Shown here: positions 1 to 5,558 of the stretch, piece after piece
Position numbering within the stretch: the stretch's first letter is position 1
Layout of the letters: each line of letters opens with the position of its first letter
Source of the DNA: a virus
Length of the DNA stretch: 6,414 nt
Reading direction: 5' to 3' (one strand)
Virus record (IMG/VR): IMGVR_UViG_3300020030_000056
Span: 1 to 6,414 of that record
The notes under the pieces: model-generated
What the model was told of the DNA's origin: nothing
The model's database searches: none
Seen by the model: the letters and a program-made list of their open reading frames with translations, nothing else
Position numbers and translations under genes: made by a program

Positions 1-121
1 GCAAATGAAGCCAAAGCAGTATCCACACTCGAAAAGTCAGGATGAAAAGCCTGATACGGAATAGGATTGACAGCAGAAGCCTGAGCACCAGAAGGTGAAG
101 AACCTGAACCAGCACCAGTCA
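1..121. repeat. Terminal redundancy, copy A (identical to 6294..6414); overlap from linearising a circular genome
   Basis: Base-by-base comparison shows 1..121 (gcaaatgaagccaaagcag...accagcaccagtca) is identical to 6294..6414. Reading frames continue seamlessly across the join. Confidence 0.97.
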
Positions 122-371
122 GAGCAGCAGAACCAGATATAAACGGATTTAAACCACGAGAAATCATAGCTTCGGGAGAATTATATTCTCGCGATTCATC
201 AACCATCTTTTCTTGCCAATCACGCTGCTTCTGAGCTTCCTTCATGTTAAACTGATTAGTAGTCTGAGTATTGCGAAAATTAGCACGATTAGCGCTAGAC
301 TGTTGCAATGTACCAAAAATACCACTAATAGCAGCACCAAGAAAGTGATGTTCATTTCTAGGAGAGAGCAT
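1..371 (-). CDS. DNA pilot / minor capsid protein VP2, N-terminal part; the gene continues across the circular junction into 6293..5570 (364 aa in total)
   Basis: ATG at complement 369..371 is preceded by TAGAAGTAGGAGAGAGT, a Shine-Dalgarno-like AGGAG. My translation is MLSPRNEHHFLGAAISGIFGTLQQSSANRANFRNTQTTNQFNMKEAQKQRDWQEKMVDESREYNSPEAMISRGLNPFISGSAALTGAGSGSSPSGAQASAVNPIPYQAFHPDFSSVDTALASFA.... It runs off position 1 in frame with ORF 5570..6319 (371 + 724 = 1095 nt = 365 codons). The QRDWQEKM...GLNPF block resembles the conserved N-terminal motif I recall in gokusho/alpavirus VP2 proteins (RDFQERMSNTAYQR...AGLNP). Confidence 0.88.
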   Translation of the reverse strand, partial: MLSPRNEHHFLGAAISGIFGTLQQSSANRANFRNTQTTNQFNMKEAQKQRDWQEKMVDESREYNSPEAMISRGLNPFISGSAALTGAGSGSSPSGAQASAVNPIPYQAFHPDFSSVDTALASF

Positions 372-394
372 ACTCTCTCCTACTTCTAAAAACC

Positions 395-838
395 TCATTG
401 TGCACTAGCGGCAGGGGCGGAATCCGTAGATGGCGCTGCCTGTTCCTCTGCCAGCATAGCCTGGGCGTATGCAGTCAATTCAGATTTCTCCTGAGACAAT
501 TGATTCAACACAGCCTGACGTTCAGACATTGTCTGGCAATGACGCGAGATAACACAAGCAAAACGCTCCTCATCTGTCATGCCGTCCATCACAGTAGATT
601 GAGTAGGATGCATTTGAGCAAGGATATCATTGACGTTCATATCGCCAAGCAAACGACGATACTTTTCTTGATTTAAAAGGATCTGAGTCATATCACATTG
701 AATCAGATCACCGTCAGGAGTCTCATCATACATAACCGGATCATAAACAGAAGCCTGATAACACGGATTGCCTTCCTTCAGCTCAGGAACATACGAATTC
801 TTTTCAAAATTCTCATTTTTATACGCAAAACTTCTCAT
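395..838 (-). CDS. Hypothetical 147-aa protein between VP1 and VP2; candidate internal scaffolding protein (VP3-like) by position only
   Basis: This is the track ORF 395..964 trimmed to the first ATG downstream of the VP1 stop (complement 836..838; VP1 stop is at 849..851). The product begins MRSFAYKNENFEKNSYVPELKEGNPCY... and ends in an Ala/Ser/Glu-rich tail. It shows T3 codon bias. The 5' extension to 964 is in the +1 frame of VP1 and is Leu/Ile-rich, so it looks like a shadow ORF. I recognise no family motif and function is inferred from gene order. Confidence 0.6.
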   Translation of the reverse strand: MRSFAYKNENFEKNSYVPELKEGNPCYQASVYDPVMYDETPDGDLIQCDMTQILLNQEKYRRLLGDMNVNDILAQMHPTQSTVMDGMTDEERFACVISRHCQTMSERQAVLNQLSQEKSELTAYAQAMLAEEQAAPSTDSAPAASAQ

Positions 839-848
839 AATCAATACA

Positions 849-2576
849 TTAATAAGGTAAACCATTTCTGTCCAAATTCTGCACAGCATAAACTTGGAAA
901 TTAACATTACATAAAAGCTGGTCGTAAGCAACGGAACAATTCTGACCTGAAACTTGAGGTTCAAAGATAGAGTTCAATTGCTGAGGACGAACTTTCATTG
1001 ACTGATAAGACCAAGTACCAGAAGAGGTCAGGACATCCCAACCGTCAATAGGAGCAGACCAAGACTGATACGCCATACCAGAGCGGAAAGCAGCATGAAC
1101 AGTATCAATATTAGACTTCCATTGCCAGTACCGAAGATTATAACCAAGAGCTTTAGAAACAGTACGAGACGGGTTATTCTGTAAGTTCAAAGCAGGAACA
1201 GGCTGCATACCTAATTGGTCGAATGCAGGTTGGGGGAAGTCAGTAATAGCCGAAACAGTCAACTGAGGATTCTGGCCAGTCAGATTCCAATCAACCATAG
1301 GAACAGCATGATATACACACATAATTACTTGATGTTCGGCACCACAATCATAAGTCAACGTATGACCAGAAGCAGAACCTACACCTTTACCAGCAATTAC
1401 GGCTTGAGAGTTAGCAGATTCCAAATTGGTATTCAAGACTTCGTTAATATTGATCACATTAGACCAACCTCCAATATAATGAGCGTGATTACCCATATAT
1501 TCAGGAGCCTTAATTCCGAATTGAGCCAGCATCTGATCTGAATAGTCTTTGCTAGAGAATTGAACAACTTCTTTCCAGCGCTGAAGGTATTCTGTAGCAC
1601 GAATTGAGAGGGCGGAGAGGTCTGAATTAAGAATAACAGCACGGCCAGAAGCACCAGCAGAGTCCACAGTAGAAACAGAACTAGAGTCTGATTGTTGAAT
1701 AAAGGTTCTATTTTGAGGTAAACCAACAGCAATCAAAGAATTACTAGGATCTTGAGGAAGAACAGTAGCCGGTAAAACAGCTACCGAGCCATATTGAGAT
1801 GAAGGAAGCATACCCATGAAGTAATCCTTCGGATAGTTAGCATAGCGGAGCTGAAGCATCTCAGGAGCGAGATCCAATTGAGATTTACCATCCCAATAAT
1901 CAACATTATAGGAATAAGCCAAGTGTTTTTCCCATTGAGAGTCAGAGAAGAAATCATAGTATATCTTCTGATAAGCCAACAACGGAAGAAGGTTTACAGT
2001 CTGACTAGCAGAATAAATCAAAGGATTAAGAATATCTTCAAGAGACTGAATCCCTAAATAAGATTTGGTAATAACAGCTTTAGCAGTATTCGAGGACGCA
2101 AGGAATGAACCATATCCAAGCATGTCTAATATCTTAGAGGCACCATAGACATAAGGAAGACCTGCATCATCGAAGACATCTTGACCATTAATCGTCTGAA
2201 GACTCAACGATATCAAGTTTAACGTTGTATTCGGTACAGAAGTCAACATCTCGGTATTAGCAGTATTACTAGCAGCGGACGTCATATAGTTCGTCATTTG
2301 AGTAAACGCCTGCGGGAGAGCACGAGAAATCAAGCGTAACGGCACTGCATAAAAATCATAGTACTCCTTAATACGAGTATATGCAGCCGTATTAACAGGA
2401 ACAGTACGAGTAAACCAATCAGAAGAAATACGATACTTGTTACCAGGGATAGCAATCTGCCAATAACAAGGAAGGATCTCCCCAACTTTTGCCGTAAATA
2501 GTTTTTTACTAGACAAATCAAAGGAAGAGCGATGCACGGCAACTTTCGCTCGATCCAGCGGATTAAAATCACTCAT
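849..2576 (-). CDS. Major capsid protein (Microviridae VP1 / phage F family)
   Basis: 575-aa ORF. The N-terminus HRSSFDLSSKKLFTAKVGEILPCYWQIAIPGNKY...EYYDFYAVPLRLI follows the microvirus capsid pattern: R-x-x-FDLS, then G-x-(L/I)-P, then PG(D/N), then D-x-(F/Y)-x-VP-x-R. Pronounced T at codon position 3. Size is typical of VP1. Confidence 0.95.
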   Translation of the reverse strand: MSDFNPLDRAKVAVHRSSFDLSSKKLFTAKVGEILPCYWQIAIPGNKYRISSDWFTRTVPVNTAAYTRIKEYYDFYAVPLRLISRALPQAFTQMTNYMTSAASNTANTEMLTSVPNTTLNLISLSLQTINGQDVFDDAGLPYVYGASKILDMLGYGSFLASSNTAKAVITKSYLGIQSLEDILNPLIYSASQTVNLLPLLAYQKIYYDFFSDSQWEKHLAYSYNVDYWDGKSQLDLAPEMLQLRYANYPKDYFMGMLPSSQYGSVAVLPATVLPQDPSNSLIAVGLPQNRTFIQQSDSSSVSTVDSAGASGRAVILNSDLSALSIRATEYLQRWKEVVQFSSKDYSDQMLAQFGIKAPEYMGNHAHYIGGWSNVININEVLNTNLESANSQAVIAGKGVGSASGHTLTYDCGAEHQVIMCVYHAVPMVDWNLTGQNPQLTVSAITDFPQPAFDQLGMQPVPALNLQNNPSRTVSKALGYNLRYWQWKSNIDTVHAAFRSGMAYQSWSAPIDGWDVLTSSGTWSYQSMKVRPQQLNSIFEPQVSGQNCSVAYDQLLCNVNFQVYAVQNLDRNGLPY

Positions 2577-2592
2577 AATTAATTAATTTAAA

Positions 2593-4419
2593 TTAGACCA
2601 TACGGTTAAATATATTGTTTGCATCATTCATTTTTTTATGCTTAATCATATCGCGACAGAAGGTAGCAGCACGGAAATCAAGACATTTTTGTAAGTCGCT
2701 ACTTTGCCCATTATCATAGGCACTTCTTGTATCGGGTTTCGCAGATTTAAAGTAATTACAAGTCGCGAGAGGTGGGATTCTGGGGTCATCAAACGGTACT
2801 CGTATTTGTTCTTTAATGGGACGAATAAATCCGTCTGCATACTCGCCGTCTTCACCGATACCAATGGTCGCCATTTCGCATCCTTCGGCTGGTAAATAGA
2901 AATACCGAAGCATAGGGGCAGACAAAGTCTGTTGTATTCGCAACGAATCACACATTCGTACATAGTCCGATTTCTTCTCATATTCTATTCCTGTTTTAAT
3001 GATAAATATAATACGATTGGTATAAGGATCAAGATTGCCTCCAATGAAAGGCAGATGCCAATTCCTGAGGAACTTACTGACATAAAGGAATAACCGATAC
3101 AATTTATTAACATAAGATTCAGTGTCGAAATCAACAGAACTAAAACAAAACCTAGTAGAACACCTAGCAGCATGTAAAACAATCTCATCATCATTAAATA
3201 AATTATTTTTAGTTAATGTAAGATATTTATAATAAGCACGGGTTATAGATAAAATAGAATCGGAATCATAAGCTATAATACCGAATCTTGCAATTCTTTT
3301 CGGCGCATCTGCAACAGCTCGAATAATTCTAGCAATCGCAACAGCATCGTCATAGCGAGCACTTGAGAATCGGGGGAGTAAAGTACGGATATACGACATA
3401 GGGGGAGTTGATTTAACACTAATCCCGTTGAAGTTATAGATTCGTCCATTAACGACAGAATCGATTTTTTGTTCAATCGCGTGATAGACGTCTTCACCTT
3501 CCTCAAAAACCTCGCCTTTCTCAAAAAATCCAAGAGACGCTCTTTGTCGGGGTTTAAATGCACAGCATGCTCGATATAATAAGGGAGCAGAACTAAGGCT
3601 GTTAACGTAACTCGCAACGTACGATGAAGCTCCACCGCGGGAAGTCTGAAAATCTGAACGACCGAACTTCCAACTCTTATCATGACACTGTCGTAATACC
3701 TTTGAGATTTGTTCCGAGTTTGTGAATAATAAGATATGATAATGCGGGCGGAAATGGACTGGTCCGTATTCACCCACAGCGTAGAAGTGTAACGTTTCAT
3801 AAGAACCTAAAGCTGTTTTTAAATGTTTACGTAATCGTTTAATATAGTTCTGAACATCGACATAATTCAGATAAGGGAGAAGATTATCTCCGTATCTAGC
3901 GGAAAGCTCTCCTTCTTTACCGTAAGGTGTAGCGGACTTCGTCTTAGCAATAAAGGAACGGATAGCATCCATAGAAAGAAACCAATTATCCTTAACTGGC
4001 TCATATTGAGATGATTCGCGGTTATACGGCACTGTACCCTGTACTTGTGTAAAGAATATATGACACAAGCGAGATGTATCTGAACAACTATATTCGGATA
4101 CCGGAATATACGAATGTTTTTCATAACCAAAAACTTTATCTCCTGAAATACTCAAAGCATCTTCATACTCACTATGCAGAACCTCACAATTCATCAAAGG
4201 AACATGCTCGTTATCATAAGTAAGTGTCACAAAATAAGAATACTTAAAAGCACTTCCAGCGGTCTTCACACGCATGGACGCTTTTTGAGCACGCTTATGA
4301 ATACAGTAATCACATTGTCCGCAGTCTACAGCAATACGATGACCTGTGTAACGATTAGTTATAAAAGAGCGATGCTGGCAATGATCAGCAGCTTTAAGTA
4401 ATTCAGGAGTATATTTCAT
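2593..4419 (-). CDS. Replication initiation protein (VP4 / gpA-like HUH rolling-circle endonuclease)
   Basis: 608-aa ORF. Motif I FVTLTYD is at aa 63-69 (nt 4213..4233). The HUH motif RPHYHILLF has H-Y-H at nt 3736..3744. The double-tyrosine motif SYVASYVNS has Tyr codons at 3619..3621 and 3607..3609 and closely resembles the phiX174 gpA YVAKYVNK catalytic site. There is an N-terminal Cys/His cluster, HCQH...CGQCDYC. Confidence 0.94.
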   Translation of the reverse strand: MKYTPELLKAADHCQHRSFITNRYTGHRIAVDCGQCDYCIHKRAQKASMRVKTAGSAFKYSYFVTLTYDNEHVPLMNCEVLHSEYEDALSISGDKVFGYEKHSYIPVSEYSCSDTSRLCHIFFTQVQGTVPYNRESSQYEPVKDNWFLSMDAIRSFIAKTKSATPYGKEGELSARYGDNLLPYLNYVDVQNYIKRLRKHLKTALGSYETLHFYAVGEYGPVHFRPHYHILLFTNSEQISKVLRQCHDKSWKFGRSDFQTSRGGASSYVASYVNSLSSAPLLYRACCAFKPRQRASLGFFEKGEVFEEGEDVYHAIEQKIDSVVNGRIYNFNGISVKSTPPMSYIRTLLPRFSSARYDDAVAIARIIRAVADAPKRIARFGIIAYDSDSILSITRAYYKYLTLTKNNLFNDDEIVLHAARCSTRFCFSSVDFDTESYVNKLYRLFLYVSKFLRNWHLPFIGGNLDPYTNRIIFIIKTGIEYEKKSDYVRMCDSLRIQQTLSAPMLRYFYLPAEGCEMATIGIGEDGEYADGFIRPIKEQIRVPFDDPRIPPLATCNYFKSAKPDTRSAYDNGQSSDLQKCLDFRAATFCRDMIKHKKMNDANNIFNRMV

Positions 4420-4421
4420 AA

Positions 4422-4730
4422 TTATTTCCTTTTATCAATCACTTGGAGACGACTACGCGGGCCAAACGAAATATGAATAAAGTCAGAATAAATAATAAGT
4501 TGGTCAAAAGGAGAAACATGATCAGAATAACCATAAATCATCTCAAGCAACTTGCTAAAACTAGTAGAACCGTAAGGTTTGATATCAATGGCTTCACCTA
4601 TCAGATGTTGGGAATTAGGAGCGCCATCACAAGCCTTATTCTGTTCAGGGGTGCGACGTGCGCTGGTCACTGTAAAATGAACATTAGAAAATAACAGATA
4701 CTCAAGAAAATGCATAAGAGAATAGTTCAT
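4422..4730 (-). CDS. Minimal zinc D-Ala-D-Ala carboxypeptidase-like peptidase, M15 family (putative cell-wall hydrolase/endolysin)
   Basis: 102-aa ORF. TSARRTPEQNKACDGAPNSQHLIGEAIDI plus DFIHISF matches the Peptidase_M15_3/VanY-type signature S-x-(Y/R)-R-x-x-x-x-N...S-x-H-x-x-G-x-A-x-D-(I/V)...H-(V/I)-(D/S). Putative Zn ligands are H42 (4605..4607), D49 (4584..4586) and H86 (4473..4475). Its stop is 2 nt before the VP4 ATG, and its ATG overlaps the upstream stop as ATGA. Confidence 0.8.
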   Translation of the reverse strand: MNYSLMHFLEYLLFSNVHFTVTSARRTPEQNKACDGAPNSQHLIGEAIDIKPYGSTSFSKLLEMIYGYSDHVSPFDQLIIYSDFIHISFGPRSRLQVIDKRK

Positions 4731-4810
4731 AATCCGATAGCATTAAGAATGTAACCAAGAGCAGCAGAAATAGCACCAATTACAATTTTCCAAACATTAT
4801 TACTTTTCAT
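4727..4810 (-). CDS. 27-aa hydrophobic (single transmembrane-like) peptide; candidate holin-like or membrane partner of the M15 peptidase
   Basis: ATG at complement 4808..4810. The product is MKSNNVWKIVIGAISAALGYILNAIGL. 18 of 27 codons end in T, matching the genome-wide coding bias. The TGA stop (4727..4729) overlaps the peptidase ATG (4728..4730) as ATGA, which suggests translational coupling. It is too short for the ORF track and corresponds to the C-terminal end of track ORF 4727..5068. Confidence 0.55.
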   Translation of the reverse strand: MKSNNVWKIVIGAISAALGYILNAIGL

Positions 4811-4994
4811 CGCTTTGAGTTTTAAGTTCAACAAAATTGCTTTCTTCCTTAATCGAGTCCACAATAATAATAAGACCCAGCGGAGAAACTCGCTCAGAAT
4901 AATTTCCAAGACCATCCAAAGAATTGACAATATAAGGCGCCATAACATCACGACCAGTCTGTTTGTCTTTAAGAGAGATAATAAATTTCTGCAT
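4800..4994 (-). CDS. Hypothetical 64-aa protein, first gene after the non-coding region
   Basis: The track ORF MQKFIISLKDKQTGRDVMAPYIVNSLDG... has a balanced soluble composition and clear T3 codon bias. The competing 113-aa frame is the +1 shadow. It overlaps the 27-aa peptide gene by 11 nt. I recognise no motif. Confidence 0.6.
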   Translation of the reverse strand: MQKFIISLKDKQTGRDVMAPYIVNSLDGLGNYSERVSPLGLIIIVDSIKEESNFVELKTQSDEK

Positions 4995-5110
4995 AATTGT
5001 AAAATTTTAAATGTTAATAATTTAATGAGTTGGTTTCTACAGGGGCAAAGGAAAAAAGTATTTTTCAAATAAACAAATAATTTGGAGTTTTTTTTTGGGA
5101 ATTAAGATTC

Positions 5111-5402
5111 TACAGCTGGGTGTGAGTTGTGCGTTTATGGACAAGAGAAAGGCGAAATTGAGATGATAACTCAATTTTCCTTCGGACACAACTAGGGGCT
5201 TCGCTTAAATAACAAAGCGGATGTATACAGGGTGTATAGACACGGCAGGTCAGATAGAACCTGCCTTTGCGCACCTACGTGCTAAAATACCGGAGCGGAA
5301 CGCTCCTCTAAGGAAGTCGCTCCGCTCCATTTTATACCAGGCCCTACGCGGGCGGCGGGTGTATATCCCTCAAGCGCCGGGATTGGCTTCTAGTCCTGAA
5401 GA
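5111..5402. other. GC-rich, hairpin-dense non-coding island (candidate complementary-strand origin, structured RNA or recombination site)
   Basis: No ORF with coding bias on either strand. Hand count gives 147 G+C in the 290 nt of 5111..5400 (about 51%) and 88/150 (about 59%) in 5241..5390, against roughly 37-45% in coding lines I spot-counted. Helices paired by eye are listed here. (a) 5125-5131/5187-5193, 7 bp, enclosing 5155-5162/5170-5177, 8 bp. (b) 5202-5206/5215-5219. (c) 5224-5229/5233-5238. (d) 5244-5250/5259-5265, 7 bp. (e) 5292-5299/5321-5328, 8 bp. (f) 5353-5357/5375-5379. Confidence 0.6.
5283..5328 (-). terminator. Candidate intrinsic terminator for the minus-strand transcription unit
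   Basis: The minus strand reads GGAGCGGA-(21 nt, partly paired)-TCCGCTCC followed by GGTATTTTAGC. That is an 8-bp GC-rich stem followed by a short interrupted U-tract (UAUUUU), located downstream of the last minus-strand ORF. The U-tract is weak. Confidence 0.3.
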
Positions 5403-5558
5403 TCATCGTGGAATAATATGATAAACCGGGAAATAATTAAGAGTTAAGGATTTATGCTTTTCCTCATAACAACGAATTTGGTCAAACACCTCATCCAAAG
5501 TTTTAAACACATAAGAAAACATCACATGTTGACGATTCATAATACGTAATTCAAACAT
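5403..5558 (-). CDS. Hypothetical 51-aa protein (below the ORF-track length cutoff)
   Basis: ATG at complement 5556..5558, 11 nt after the VP2 stop (5570..5572). TGA at 5403..5405. My translation is MFELRIMNRQHVMFSYVFKTLDEVFDQIRCYEEKHKSLTLNYFPVYHIIPR. About half the codons end in T, consistent with the genome's coding bias. No recognisable motif. Confidence 0.45.
   Translation of the reverse strand: MFELRIMNRQHVMFSYVFKTLDEVFDQIRCYEEKHKSLTLNYFPVYHIIPR

Noticed and set aside
839-964. 5' extension of the 189-aa track ORF into the end of VP1
   Set aside because: The extension is in the +1 frame of VP1, is hydrophobic and low-complexity, and is unnecessary because an ATG lies at 836..838, just after the VP1 stop. 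An alternative start at 863..865 cannot be excluded.
1454-4130. Nested minus-strand ORFs inside VP1 and VP4 (1454..1732, 2330..2572, 2646..2981, 2985..3194, 3273..3800 at 175 aa, 3867..4130), considered as overprinted genes like phiX174 B, K and E
   Set aside because: All of them are in the +1 frame of the host gene, checked arithmetically from the start coordinates. The host genes put T at codon position 3, so the +1 frame has T at position 2. That suppresses stop codons, since none has a central T, and yields Leu/Ile/Val/Phe-rich products. Long hydrophobic shadow ORFs are therefore expected artefacts. Overprinting cannot be fully excluded; synonymous-site conservation in VP4 over 3273..3800 would be the test.
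4811-5068. N-terminal 86 aa of the 113-aa track ORF 4727..5068 (Leu/Trp-rich, superficially a multi-TM holin)
   Set aside because: This part is the +1 shadow of the 64-aa ORF, which carries the genuine T3 bias, and it extends upstream into the AT-rich leader. Only the last 27 codons lie beyond the ORF64 stop and have their own T3 bias, so only those were kept as a gene.
398-5072. Plus-strand track ORFs 398..676, 698..904, 1215..1541, 2704..2895, 4174..4401, 4443..4694 and 4815..5072
   Set aside because: Each lies antisense to a well-supported minus-strand gene. They have odd compositions (Arg/Cys/Ile/Asn-rich, low complexity) and no family motif. They would be the only plus-strand genes in a genome type that is transcribed from one strand.
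5088-5096. T9 homopolymer as a plus-strand intrinsic terminator
   Set aside because: There is no preceding GC-rich hairpin on the plus strand and no plus-strand genes to terminate. On the coding-sense strand it is an A9 run in the AT-rich leader, about 95 nt upstream of ORF64. I could not find a convincing sigma70 (-35/-10) or Bacteroides (TTTG / TAnnTTTG) promoter match there, so no promoter is called.
5233-5244. TATAGACAC resembling the TATAGACCAC end of the 30-nt phiX174 origin
   Set aside because: It is only a 9-nt partial match, it is on the non-coding-sense strand, and the CAACTTGATATTAATAAC nick-site portion is absent.
5335-5400. Twister-like or riboswitch-like fragments (CCCUCAAGCGCCGGG resembles the CCCAAGCCCGG loop of twister; GAACCUG resembles part of the TPP box)
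   Set aside because: Only isolated short matches exist. The accompanying conserved elements and pseudoknot partners are not present in the right order. No known family could be completed by eye, so a covariance-model search is needed.
5221-5421. 66-aa plus-strand ORF inside the GC-rich island
   Set aside because: It is Arg/Pro/Ala-rich, as expected from random GC-rich sequence. It has no T3 codon bias, is on the wrong strand for this genome, and its span is better explained by the stem-loops it covers.
5396-5430. Possible hammerhead ribozyme core: CUGAAGA at 5396..5402 followed by a 4-5 bp helix (5402-5406/5418-5422)
   Set aside because: After the helix the sequence is UAAAC, not the required GAAA (the essential G12 is missing). 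No convincing stem I/III or cleavage-site context could be built on either strand.
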